Assembly (NCBI GenBank): GCA_951406725.2
Contig: OX597821.1
Coordinates: forward strand, 104,160,001 to 104,224,000
Direction: 5' to 3'
Origin: Octopus vulgaris
Taxonomy: Eukaryota
DNA length: 64,000 nucleotides
Positions 38,881-52,573 of this stretch are shown piece after piece. Made by a program: the position numbers and the translations under genes. Below the pieces are notes generated by a model, which saw nothing but the letters and a program-made list of their open reading frames with translations, had not been told where the DNA came from and did not search any database. Numbering within the stretch: position 1 is the stretch's first letter; the number at the start of each line of letters is the position of its first letter.

Positions 38881-40669
38881 TGTCTGTGTTGTATTACACG
38901 AAGATATTTCGCTACTGCCATTTCCCCTATCCAAGTTTCCATACTGTAGCATCTCTTTTCGTTGACTCGCCCTAAAAAGCTGGGTGTATCTTGGAAAGTG
39001 ATTGTATCAAACATGCAGATTAAAAGGGAAATAATAATAATAGCAACAATAATAATAGTAATAATAATAATATAGAAGAAGGAGAAGGAGATGAGTGGAA
39101 GACGTAGAACTTCAAGAAGTTGAAGCAGCAGAAATAGAAGAAAGGCAAAATTAATGTTTGAGACTTCGTATATTATTACAGATCAGATACATTTGCGGAA
39201 GACGGGATTATGAGCTTACCAGAAATAGCCAGGTCGTAAGGTTTCAATACAAACAGCTATTTAACAAATATGGCCGCCATCTTTATGTTTTGTCCATTTA
39301 TAAAGATTATCTAACCATTTATTACTAACATATCATATTTTATACGTTCTTTTCCATTGCATACGAATTAGAAAATATCATTTATAGTTAATAGATTTCT
39401 CTATCAGGTTATTAAAAGTGTCGGACAATGTTTTCAATCTTACTGCGTTTAAATATTTTGTATTGTTGTTTTATGTGATAGTTTTAACGAAAGATTTATA
39501 TATTCTATTTGTGGCAGTAAAATATAATCCGATAGGATAATGGAGCAATTGTAAATATTTAGTAACATTACCTTGGCCTCTGTGTAAATATTGATGCTTT
39601 GTTAACATTCATGAGATGGTTTTTTAATATGCAATGTTTCTTATATCACATCTCATGCATATGAGGTTTGCATTGGATTACGTTTCAGGAATAATATACA
39701 TATATATACATAAGCACATACATACATGTATATACATAGGCACACACAAACGTCTGTGTATATGCGTCTCCTTCTGTGTGCGTATATATGTGTATATATT
39801 ATATATTTATATATATAAATACATATATATATATATATATTATTTACGCATAACTACAGGTACTTATATATGTATATATACATTCATATATAACTGCTTT
39901 TTCTTTTTATTTCCAAAAATACAATTCCAACTGTCTCGTCATAGTTTACAGTGTTTATCTTCACTATTTCCCGTTTGAAGAAGTGATGTTTTGTTTGTAT
40001 TTCTACTATACAATAATCATATCGATCTGATAGTTTGAACCATGCAGAAAAAATACCATCTATGATATTTGACATAAAATGTCCAAAGGATGAGGCAGTT
40101 TCTAATTTTATAGCAAGTGAAATTACAAATCACATCCGTCGTATGCAGACACCAATATCAATACGTCTTTTTTGCAATCTCTTCTTGTGCCCTCATGCGT
40201 AAATCGTATTGCCTATAGTCTAGCTATAATCTAGCAGAGTGTCCATAAAATGTTGACGTTTATCATAGATAACAATCAGAAGTTAGTTTCAAATTGCTTG
40301 CAGCAAACAGCAGCATCAATTGCAATCACTAAAATACGATTAGTGTAATTAGTAAGTTAATGTTATTACTAAAGCTATCGGCTTAAACATTGCCTTTATC
40401 TTCCTTTAACAACAATATTTACACAGATACACAATGAATGTGAAACAAATGCTCCCGCCTTACCAAACAAGCTGAAGCGTTCACTGTATCTCTCAAAATC
40501 CTTGCAATGAATCTAGACTTGCCGAATATTTTAATACAGCATTCCTTCCCAAATAGGGATTGCAACCCCCTTGAATCGTGATATGACGTACGACTTCTCA
40601 TCTTCACTGATATATCTGAACTCTTAGGACATCAAACGTTCCTGATGTTCTCTTATTACTCTTCAACTA

Positions 40670-41025
40670 TGGAGACACAATGGCCCTGTGGTTAGGGCAG
40701 CGGACTCACTGTCGTACGATCGCTGTTTTGATTCCCAGACCGGGTGTTGTGAGCGAAGACACCTAAAGGTGCACAAGGCTCCGGCAGAGGGTGGTGCTGA
40801 ACCCTGGTGTGCTTTTTCACCACAACTTTCTCTCGCTCTTTCTTCCTGTTTCCGTTTCTGTATCTCAAAGGGTAAGCTTTGTCTGACTCTGCGTCAAGCT
40901 GAATCCTCCTGAGCACTACGTTAAGGGTATACGTTTCTGCCAGTTGCACGTTAATTTCATGAGCAGGCTGTTCCATTGATCAGATCAACTGGAACCTGCG
41001 TCGTCGGAACCGACGGAGAGCCGTC
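40670..41025 (+). mobile_element. tRNA(Arg)-like-headed SINE
   Basis: Aligns along its length with 27602-27972. Confidence 0.85.
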
Positions 41026-41149
41026 TTACTTTCCAGCTGTGCATCTTCAACAAGCACTCAACGATATCTCTATTCAATAATTCCTACGACCTCTTACAAT
41101 ATATGACTGCAAAGATAATGGCTAGTGCCTCTTAATCTGGCTGTAATTT

Positions 41150-42720
41150 TTATTCCGCCGATACTAATTCATGTGACACATGTGTGATCGGTTTTACATT
41201 ACTATTTTCCAACTTATGTAAGATTACTGTTTCGATCGCAGACTCTCTAGCATCTGAGGCTACAATTATTTTTAGTTTCGGATCAAAATATTAGTTGGAG
41301 GAGAGATATCTTTAATTGCGAGTGCCCTCGACGGGTCCAGTCGTCGTCTATTCCTGTCAATAATTTATCCTAAATACTTAATTTCAAGTAAGAAAAATTC
41401 GCACTTTCCTCAGTGTGAAACTGTAAGCTCTTATTTTTTCAATCAGAAGATTCACTTGTAATTAATATATCATCCAGGTATGGAATTGCGAATTCACAGT
41501 CCACTAACATTGTATCCATAATGTGTTGAAAAATCGTAGGTGCTACTTTTCTTCCGAAACGAAGTCGGGTAAACTTGTAGAACGCTTAGTGCGTGTTTAT
41601 CGTTAACAGACTAGAAGGTTCTTCGTCTACCTGCAGGTGTAAATAAGATTCTGATAAATCCAATTTAGAAAAGAGTTTGCTTCTATTAAGGTTTGCAAAA
41701 GCCTCCTCTGGACTTGGTAACGGTTAGTTATAAGTTTTCAAACATTCATTAAATATCGTCGAAAGATAGGCGCTGACACTTATTTTGATATTTTTCTTTT
41801 TAATGTACACAGTTGCTGCTGTCCATTCCGAATAGTCTAATTATCGAATTACAGCAATATTCTCAAGTCTTTTCAATTCTTTTACTAATTGATTCAGTGC
41901 CGCAAAAGGCACAGCTCTCGTTAGTTTGAACACCGGAACGGCAATTTTCTTTTAGTCGGAATTTCACTTTTTTTTCGTACAGGTACCAAGTTCTCCCGAT
42001 GTATTTTTTAAAATTTCATTTTTAACTTCCCACATGCTTTCTTCGAACTGGCATGCGACGCATTCACATTATTAAAGAAAGTACTTATTGGCAAATTCCA
42101 CAAATGAACTGTCTCCATCCAATCTGTACCAAACAGATTCGTTGTATTTTCTGATATACAGGCCTTCGATTTGAACATCTTCCCATGAAATGTTACATCT
42201 GGGGTCACTTCGGTCAGGAATCGAACCTGCTGAAACATTTTGTTGCCCTTTTCCTTTTTTCGCCCAACACTGCAACTCGTTATTACCCGTTCTTCCACAA
42301 ACAAAACATTATTCCTAAAGGGGCAGTCCCTTTTGAAGTGAAACTCGCCAAAACCATAACACGTTTTGGGCCTTGTTTGTTTTGTCATAAGTAGACACGC
42401 CTTGTTTGGGTCTTGTTTGCTTGTGATAAGTCGACATGCTTATACATTTATATTATTTTCAGGTTTTTCATAATCCTATATTAGGTTAATTAAACGTTGG
42501 CAATCTTCTATCACTTTTTGCAAGATCAGTTGTCTTGTGTCAATTTTTTGATATTCTCACTCGTATTTCTGCACCTTCACTTGCCGTTAGTACTTTGACA
42601 AACATTGAACATTTAAACATATCTGGGAACAACTCTAACTTGAAATTTTCGCATGCTGCGTTTACAATTCCTGGATATGTAAGAAAGACATCATTTCCAT
42701 TTTTAAAAAAAATTTAAGCG
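41150..42720 (-). mobile_element. Ty3/Gypsy LTR-retrotransposon gag-pol relic
   Basis: Zinc-knuckle-like CYGFGEFHFKRDC, protease-end NLFGTDW, and RT segments RAVPFAAL, SEWTAATV, PLPSPEEAFANL..FSKLDLSESY, LLTINTH and YLDDIL. No LTRs recognised. Confidence 0.8.
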
Positions 42721-43631
42721 GTGATTTAGGATTGCATAATTCAATAAAATACGTCAATATAAACGACTTTATGACATTGAGGACTCATAAGGACGGAGTG
42801 TTGTCCAGTACCTGTGCTGTACAACTGATAAAGATTCTAGAACTGACCCTCCCCTAAACTGAACGCCAGACCACCGTAGAATTATCTTCGAAGCAATTAC
42901 TAGCACTCACTTGCCGCTATGTGTGTGGGAGCAAAAGGAAAGAAGTGTTTTGCTCATAAACACAATGCACCTCTTGGCCCATGAATCGAAACCACTATCT
43001 TACGATGGCGAGTGAACGCCATAACCACTAGGTCACGCGCCTTCACCTGGTAAGTCATATTCATTTGAAAAAGGAACATTTCTAGAAACACTTCAGGTAG
43101 TTGTACATTAATGTCTAGCGCCCAGTATTATCGATACGACGAAAGAGTCAGTAGATTATAAAAGAGCCTGCTAAAAATAATAGTCAAAATCCATACACTA
43201 AATGTAATCCATACTATAAACATCTTACATAAAAAAAACACCATATTTTCAAAAGGCGCAAAGTGAATAACGTAACCAGGGTTTTGATATTGCGAGGAAA
43301 AAAGAATATTGGATTGTCAGGTTTAGAGCGATTTTGACTATTGATTTGCTGGTGTGACGCTGATCTACATAAAAGCGAAAACAGCAGGAAAGCAATAATA
43401 GCAACGCCATCTTTACCAATAACATTTGCACAAACAAAAAATCTTCTATCTGTGATTCATCGAGAAATAATAGCACTATACTAAGCAAGAAGTGAAAACT
43501 CGAAAAATCGATTAGCATTCGGACTAATATTGGTAGTAATAATAGTGATTACTTCAAATAGAAGGATACAATGAATAAAAGAATTGATTTATTTTCGGCC
43601 AGCATTAAATGCCCTATGTCTTTAGCAAAAG

Positions 43632-44059
43632 ATTTAATACCAGCAAATGCAACATAAGGGCCGAACTTATTCGAGGACACACGAGATGTTAAAAACAGCA
43701 GTTAAATATCTCACAAACTGACTTCCTGCGCTCATAAAAAAGTGAGGGATTCGTTGAAGCATTCTATTTAGATTTACGTTCTGGGGCAAATAGGAGACAG
43801 ACACGGTCGACACGCAATTTGATGGTAGCCATGCTTGAGTAAATTTAATACCAGCAAATGCAAAATAAGGCTCAAAATTATTCGTGGCCGCACGACATGT
43901 TAAAAACAACAGTTAAATATCTTACCAACTCATTTCCTGCCCTCATAAAAAAAGGAACGGATTCGTTGAAGAATTCTATTTAGATACACGGTCTGGGGAA
44001 AAGAGGAAACAGACAAGATTGGCGCGCAATTTGTTGGTAGCCATGCTCGAGTAAATTTA
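43632..44059. repeat. Diverged tandem dimer, ~211-bp period
   Basis: ATTTAATACCAGCAAATGCAA at 43632 and 43843. Both units end GGTAGCCATGCTyGAGTAAATTTA. Confidence 0.85.
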
Positions 44060-44084
44060 GTAACATTTAACTAAAATTTAAGGC

Positions 44085-44295
44085 GGGGAAAAGGCACAGT
44101 CGTTAGCACGCCGGGCAAAATACTTAGCGGATATTTCCTCTATGTTTACGTTCTGTGTTCAAATTCTGCCGAGATCCACTTTGCCTTTCATCCTTTTGGG
44201 GTTTAATAAAATACATACTAGTTGAAAACAGAGGACGATGTAATCGATTTAACCCCCTCTCTGAAATTGCTGGCCTTGTGCTAAAATTTGAAAAC
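44085..44295 (+). mobile_element. Meta-like SINE
   Basis: CGTTAGCACGCCGGGC...TTCAAATTCTGCCGAG...ACTTTGCCTTTCATCC. Confidence 0.75.
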
Positions 44296-44735
44296 AAAGA
44301 AAAGAGTGAAATAGCTTTGAAATCACACTTTGTTTAAGAAAGGTATATGTTGAGTAATGTACTACTGGATACAGAGTTTTGAAAAAATATTGAAGAAACA
44401 GCCACGGATGGAGTGTCATTCATCTTGGAAAGAACATCATTTACACCATTTTAAAATAAAACAGTTAAATTTTCCTTACAAGACACGGTCTAAAGGACAC
44501 ATATTTTGTATATTTTGTAATCCAAAATACAATCTCTGGAAGAAAAGGAAGAATGGTCATGCGCGGAACGCTCTTTGATCATAGCTCTGCTCGATCAAAG
44601 TCCTCGATTACTTGCAGCTTGATATTTATGTATAAGTGCTTCTTTGTACGTGTGAAAGGGTGAACAGCTATATGTTAATATATATATACATACATATCCG
44701 TACATACATACATACATACATACATAAATACATAC

Positions 44736-44769
<34 letters not shown>

Positions 44770-44842
44770 GAATGATATATATATATAATCGTATATATGT
44801 AGGCATCTCTTTCCTTCTAACCTCCTTCGCTCTCTCTCTCTC

Positions 44843-44893
<51 letters not shown>

Positions 44894-45459
44894 TTTAATG
44901 ATAGATGTGAGTATGTGTGTGTGTATGTGTGTGTGTGTATTATATATGTATGCATACATATACCTATGCGTTGTCAGTTCATATATTAAAATGATGCATT
45001 GCCAATTGTCTGTCCACTATGAAATAGGTTGCAACCATTATCAACTGTTCCGCAACATTGGACGAACGAAATAAATGATTTCCTTCATCTTAGCTGCCGA
45101 AAGTGAAGAAATTAAATGAAAGCTTTCACTTAGATATACACACATGTTTGCGTTTCTGCCTGTGTTTCTAATCAGTAGTTTATCGATTTTAAACACGTCT
45201 ATAATACAAGTGGCATTAGAAGTATTACGCAAATCGTTGACTTTTCCAGACAGAGCTTATGAGTTCTTCAGCTAAAGTACGCGGTTATGTTAATGATGCT
45301 TAGCATTGTGTAATCATTTTGTTCGGTGGTTTCCGGTACATTACGGAGCATGTACGGAAGGAGGAAGTAACAAACTTATTACATGACAATAACAAAAAGA
45401 AAGATGATGGTGATGACGATGTTGAAGATGATGATAATGGTGATGATGATGATAATAAT

Positions 45460-45490
<31 letters not shown>

Positions 45491-45511
45491 ATAATAATAA
45501 TAATAATAATG

Positions 45512-45609
<98 letters not shown>

Positions 45610-45635
45610 TATGATGATAATAATAATAATGATAA

Positions 45636-45914
<279 letters not shown>

Positions 45915-46023
45915 TAATAATAATAATAATCCTTTCTAAGAAAGGAGCAAGGCTTGGAACTACTACTAATACTACTATTACTACTGCTACTATTACTTCT
46001 ACTACAACTGCTGCTGCTACTAC

Positions 46024-46058
<35 letters not shown>

Positions 46059-46189
46059 GTACTAATACTACTGCGGCTGCTACTACTACTACTAACAATA
46101 ATAATAATAATAATAATAATAAAAATAATAATAATAATAATGATGATGATGGTGATGATAATTTCGAATTTTTGCCAAAAGAGCAACTT

Positions 46190-46556
46190 GAGGGAGGGGA
46201 TTAACTCAATTACATCACCCCACCCCTGTTCGCAGCTGGTACTTATTTTACACGAAAAGTGAAAGGCAAAGTCGACCTCGGCGTAATTTGAACTCAGAAC
46301 GTACAGGCGGACATAATACCACCAAGCATTTCGCTTGGCGGTATTTTGCTAACGTTACGTTGTGAGTTCAAATTCCGCCGAGGTCGACTTTGCCTTTCAT
46401 CCTTTCAAGGTCGATAAATTATGTACCAGTTACGCACTGGGGTCGATGAAATCGACTTAATACCTATGTCTGTCCTTGTTTGTCCCCTCTGTGTTTAGCC
46501 CCTTGTGGGTAATAAAGAAATAGGTATTTTGCTAACAATTCTGCTAGTTCACCACT
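46190..46556. mobile_element. Meta-like SINE (-) interrupted by a headless copy (+) of the same family
   Basis: The plus copy 46340-46536 is bounded by the direct repeat GGTATTTTGCTAAC. The minus-strand host resumes at 46531-46556. Confidence 0.75.
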
Positions 46557-46560
46557 TTTA

Positions 46561-46613
<53 letters not shown>

Positions 46614-46649
46614 TAATTATTATTATTATTATTATTATTATTATCATTA

Positions 46650-47170
46650 TTATTACTTTTTTTCTTCTTTCAAATTTTCTTCCATTTCTTGCCGAGTGTC
46701 TTCCCGACTCCTAGGGCAAAGAAACTCATAGTGTATATTGGTAGGCCATTAAACCAAACTCAGTAGTTCGTTCATTTTTATTTATTTATTTTTTTTTTTT
46801 AAGCTAAATTAAAATGCATGAGCAGCAACAGTTCTCACATCGACAATGCTCTTCTCAATAGTGTGATGTACCAGTTAAGACAATCTTTTGCACTTCTTGC
46901 AGGGATGGTAAGCCAGGGATCATTCTCATATAATTTTCGGTTCCCTTCTTGATCATTCCTAGTGCTCCTACGATCACTGGTATTGTAACCGCCTTGAGAT
47001 GCCACATTTTCTCAATTTCAATGAGTAGGTCTTTATATTTTCTGAGCTTGTCAAACTCTTTCGCTGAGATATTATGATCACAGGGGATGCTCATGTCGAT
47101 CAATAAGCAAACTTTATTGTTTTGGTCTTTCACAACAATATCTGGTTTATTGGCCTTGATGGTTCGGTCT
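46650..47170 (-). mobile_element. R4/Dong-like LINE 3' fragment (RLE endonuclease)
   Basis: TIKANKPDIVVKD..CLLIDMSIP..KEFDKLRKYKDL..IPVIVGALG (PD..D..K). Its 3' end abuts (TTA)n. Confidence 0.85.
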
Positions 47171-47731
47171 GAGGGTTTAGTGTATTAAACCGCCTCCTCA
47201 TAAGATTTCAGGAGATCAAATTAATATGAGATAAAAGTAAATAGTAATCCGTTCTTGTATCATCAAAAAATCGGAAGTTTTGTGGTAGAGGCCTAGTGGG
47301 TCCCCAGTGTATAAAGTTTTATATATGGAGAGAAGGCACTTGCACGCTAGAGAAGATTAAAAAAAGGCAGTTGAACCAAAACCACAAAAAGAAGGGATAC
47401 TTAAGGCAGGTTGCTACTTGGCACTAGAGTAAATATGAAAAATTAGTTAATCCTGTACTCCAATTTCGCTATTAATGACCAAATAAATCAATTTGGTATC
47501 TGCAGCTCGTCAGCGTGCCATAAGAATTACGTTTTTCTGTGGTCTGGGTTTAACTGACCTTTTTAGCATGTAAGAAGTCCTGTCAAGGGTCTTCTATATG
47601 TGTATGTCTTTTATATATACACTTTTATATATACACTTTTATATATAAAAATATTTTGTCTTATGACTTTTATTAAGCATGCGAAAAATTGGTGATAAAT
47701 TATTTAAATATTTGCCCTCATACTTGTATAT

Positions 47732-47807
<76 letters not shown>

Positions 47808-47834
47808 AACTTAGATATGTTTCGACAAATGATT

Positions 47835-49530
47835 GGTCCAGGCCATGTCTAACTTAATAGCACCAACTGAGAGGATTATTTGAATCCTGTTTAAGTCAAG
47901 TTTGGTTTATGGTCCATTCAAGTAGTGAGTTTTGGTTGGGTGAGTTGTATCCAATTATGGGTGGCTTATCTGGTATTCCTTCAAGGAATCTATCCAGACT
48001 CCGTTTAAAGTTGATGGGATCCTGTTCCTCTTTGGTCTCTTTCGGGACAATGTTAAAGAGGGCAGGGCCTGTTGAGGAAAAGAAATTATGGTGTAGTGTA
48101 CATGTATGCTGTGATCTTGAATTGGGCAGGGAACGTATGACCCGTGGTCCCAGTCTTGGATGAACCTTGAAGCTAATGTTCAGGTCGTTTGGGCAAAGTT
48201 GGCGGTATATTCTCCACATCATACAAATGATGTACCGCTCACGGCGCCGCTGGAGAGAGTAGAGTTTCAAGGCTTTAAGGCGATCCCAATAATCGAGAGC
48301 AGCCATGCCTTCAATTCGTTTAGTGAGTGCTCTCTAGGCTGATTCAATCCTCGAGATGTTTTGTCTAGTATGGGGAGACCACAGTGGGCAGCAGTATTCG
48401 AGGTGTGGCCGTACAAAGGAGGAGAAAAGTGGTATGATGACACCTTGTTCTCTGGACCGGAAAGTTCTTAAGATCCAGGAACTCATCCTACGAGCTATAT
48501 CGACCTTCTTGTTGATGTCTGCACTCCAACTGAGATCGTCATCAACAATTACACCCAGGTCTCTGATATTGTTAGAGGATGTGAGCGGTTCCCCTGAAGG
48601 AAGAGAGTATGGTTGTTTTAGTGAGGAATTTCTTCCAAAATGCATCAGCTCAAATTTTCCCTCGCTGGTGACTTTTGCTAGGAGTGAGTGGACTCCATCA
48701 ACTACAACATGTTGTGTTCTATTCGCCAGGAAATACTTGATCCAGTGTAGAACTTTTCCACGGATTCCAACATTTGCCAATTTTGAGAGTAGGATATTAT
48801 GGTCTACCCTGTCGAAAGCTTTACTGAAGTCAAGGTATATGACATCAGAGTTCGAACCTGTTCCCAAGGCTTTGAGTACATCTTCAATGTGGTGTAAGAG
48901 CTGTGTTAGACAGTCCCTGTCACAGCGAAAGCCATGCTGATTTGCATTTAGGAGTTTGTGGCTCTCCAGGAAGTCAGCTAGCCTTGATCTTAACACTCTT
49001 TCAAACACTTTGATGATGTGGGAGGTGAGTGAGATTGGGCGATAGTTGAGTGCGAGGGATCTGTTTCCCTGTTTGAAAACCGGGATGACTGCCTGGGATA
49101 GAAACTGTTTCGGTATATAACCTGCGTCTAACGAATTTCTCCAGAGATTGGTCAGAGGGACTGCAAGGAATGTCTACATTCTTTCAGGAGACTAGCGGGA
49201 AATCAATCAGGGCCTACAGCAGAGTAGTATTTGACCTCATTTATTGCTGCTATGATGTCAGTGGCAGTGAAGGTTATGTCTGAGATTTTATGTTGAGAGT
49301 AAACTTCGTTCGCTTCTCTTACGTGAATATCAGTGGGAACACTAAAGACAGAGCAGTATTGTTTCTGCAGTATTTCTGCCATTTCTTTAGCATCGTGTTG
49401 GGGAATGCCGTTATCATCAATCAATGGCCCAATGGGTGAGACAGTGGTTCTATGCTTATTTGCATAAGAATAGAACACTTTTGGGTTCTGTTTGATGTTT
49501 TTGATTACCTACTGTTCCTCCACAGCTCTT
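47835..49530 (-). mobile_element. CR1-clade LINE ORF2 fragment with internal deletion
   Basis: NYRPISLTSH, NQHGFR, YLDFSKAFDRVDH, IRDLGV, VRPHLEYCCPLWSP and LYSLQRRRER. The GVPQG..YADD block is missing at the KVTS|EGKF junction (~48661). Confidence 0.9.
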
Positions 49531-50031
49531 TGATTTATATATATATGTATGTATATACGTAAAGTTAGTTGGGGCAATTAAACGATGAGGTGTTTTATAA
49601 GCTTCACATCCGTTTATCTAACAATCGACATAATTGCTTCGAGTAAAAAAAATCTCCTTTCATGGTTTCTTCTATATTAACCCATTGTCTATTAGCAGTT
49701 ACTGGCATGAACGTACCATCCCTTGCATCAGTACCATCGGCTTCCCAGAATTGTTGTTTCTTAAACGTTCCTCTTACATTAAATCTACGGCAGCATACAT
49801 CAAAGTTAGCCATGTAAGAAGCAATTTTCCTTTCTCTATTTTGATAGAGTTTTATGTGTTGCTTCTTGCGCACAAGTGTCTGTAATTACAGTAAACTTTT
49901 TTTTTCCAGACTACAGCTATTGCATTGTTGCAGATAATAACTATACATGATTTTAGTACACTCCTATTTCTTCTTAACTGCTTGCGAAATTATAACATGA
50001 GATAATTTAGGAAACAATTCAATCTGGAAAC

Positions 50032-50137
<106 letters not shown>

Positions 50138-50480
50138 CATATATATATTCCATATAATCTTCGTTTCTTTCAGCAATGCATAGTAATGGCGTCATTCAAA
50201 GTGTTGACCTTTACAAGCGAATTATTGTTCCTCGCCTCCTCGCCTACATTCGTATATTAGTGATAATATACTCGAATTATTGAAGGCAAGACATTAGCTT
50301 TATATTTTGCTGACAAAGCGCTATATCTGTTTCGTGGAATGCGGCAAATCGTCTTGGCTGTTCGAGCGAAACTCACAGCTGACTAGTCATTCACACTGTC
50401 TCGGTGAGAGTTTGTGTGGCGGCACCCACACAAACATACACGCCCCACGGACATCATCAAATGCACAGAAATTTACGCAT

Positions 50481-50872
50481 AGGCGAAGATGTGGCTGTGT
50501 GCAAAGACGTGTGCTTCCCAACCACATGGTTCCGGGTTTAGTCGCAGTGTCTGGCACATTGAGCAGGTGTCTACTACTATAGTCTCTGGCAGACCAAAAG
50601 TTTGTGAGTTGGAATGCTAGACAAAAACTAAAAAACCCGTCCTATGTGTGTCTGTGTGTGTCTTTGTGACTCTGTCTCCCACCACTGCTTGGCAACCGGT
50701 GTCGGTGTGTTTCCGCCCTTGTAATCTTGCGGTTCGGCAAAAGAGACCGATAGAATAAGTATTAGACTTAAGAAACAATTCCTTGGGTCGATTTGCTTGA
50801 CTAAGTCATTCAAGGCGTTGCTCCAGCAAGGCAACAATCAAATGACTAAAACAAGTAAACGAATAAAAGAAT
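50481..50872 (+). mobile_element. tRNA-derived SINE (same family as 14490-14886)
   Basis: GGCGAAGATGTGGCTGTGTG..CCCAACCACATGGTTCCGGGTTTAGTC..; 3' GGTTCGGCAAAAGAGACCGATAGAATAAG..TGACTAAAACAAGTAAA. Confidence 0.85.
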
Positions 50873-52031
50873 ACATATAAAGAGATTGAAAGAAATAGAA
50901 ACGGAGAGAGGGTTGAGAAAGAGACATTTCCCGTATATACAAGTAAAATTAAATGGTGACACATACACCGAGATAGAATAAGAGACATTGAAGCAAGTGA
51001 AACGGGGGCAATATGAAAACATGTGATGCCAACTGAGTCAGGGTTATATCAGAGACGGCAAATAAGCGGTGCCGTAACAACTGCGCCAAATAGGTGGCTC
51101 CATAACAACTGCGCCAAAACGTCTCATGCTCGTATGATGCTTTCATTTGATCGGCATACGATAAAAACAAAATAATAGATGAAAGTCTGTAATACTTAGT
51201 TTAATATTTGCATAACTCAAACAAGTGAGTAAACTAAAGTAGCTCACGAGGAGTTTAACTGCGCAAATTATTTGATTTATATGTGTGATAATGTAGTAAA
51301 TGACACACAGAATAGATAAGGGGAAATCTCAGTGAATTAAAATTTGTCTCTTAGTTAATGAAAGCAATAAAAAATACTGGCTGCCATTATGAGCATATCG
51401 CAAAAAGAAGATTTTTCAAGAAATTTAAATAAATATCTCTGAGATTTATTAGTTTTTACGATTAGGAGCCAACGTCTATTTTTATTTATAACTGTCTATA
51501 CGGTGCATCTGATGTATCATTATGGAGCATTCCAGTAAGAGTCAGGCAGTCGGTGGACGGTGAGGTCTGAATCACAAGACTGTTTCTAATTACACTATAG
51601 CACCGTGTAATCACTCAGATATGTGTTATTGTTAACGAAATGTTTTTGAGAATCATGTGTTCCAACGTTCGATCGCATTGCGTTATCTATCTCACTTTAC
51701 ATTAATCTAGGTCGTCCAAATCTTTTTGAGTGGATTTTAGGTCTTATGAAGGTGTAGACGACACACGGATAGAAGCTACTGTCAATTCATAAATCTTCCC
51801 TTTTAACGATGTATCACGCTGTGACACTTTGATAATACTTGCGAATCTTGTTCCCTGTCGAATATTCCGACACTTCCTACGATAATATAACGCGTCATAT
51901 ACATTTCATTGAAGTATCGGCCACTTTTCCGTCGACATTGAGGTGAAAGTTTAAAATATAACCGAGAACTACATTGAACATTTCAGTATACATTACTAAA
52001 CCTTATTGTCTTGCTACTCAACACTATTGTA

Positions 52032-52573
52032 TTGGGTTGTCCGGAAAGTTCGTGCCGATATTTAAAGGAGAGAAAAAGGTCAATAAATACTTGCCATTAC
52101 ATTTTTAATCAACCAAATATGAAACATTGTGTTGCTCAATGCGTCTCCATCTTTCCTTTAACTTGAAAATACCCTCTTCCCAGAATTGAGGTGATTTCAT
52201 GGCAAAGAATTCATCAAGGTATCGTTTTACATCATCCAAGGAATTGAATTTTTACCATTAAGGCTATTCTGTAGAGACCTACCTGAATAAGTGAAAATCC
52301 GACGGAACAATATCTGGTGAATATGGAGGGTGGGTAACATATCCCAGCCGAGCTGCACCAATTTTTGTCTGATTACCAAAGCATCAAGTGCCGAAAATGA
52401 ACTTTCTTATCTTCCATTTTAAAGGGTTACAGAATTAACACATGTTATAGGAACATACACCTTCTTCCACGAAAATATAGCTTAAACTGTGCTCTAAATG
52501 GTCTCAATCATGTTCTAAAATAAGTCGAAAGGTAAGCTACTATAAATCGGTGCGAACTCTCCGGACAAGCCAA
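52032..52573 (-). mobile_element. Internally deleted mariner element
   Basis: TA-TTGGGTTGTCCGGAAAGTTCGTGCCGAT ... ATCGGTGCGAACTCTCCGGACAAGCCAA-TA TIRs. The minus strand encodes PPYSPDIVPSDFHLF. Confidence 0.9.

Noticed and set aside
45130-45275. Minus-strand CTGAAGA...GAAACGCA..GTA hammerhead
   Set aside because: Stems II and I are out of register with the core.
47810-47845. GAC..GTC-GAAAC half-hammerhead
   Set aside because: It is the CR1-like LINE 3' stem-loop tail, also seen at ~9830-9860, and has no CTGAnGA.
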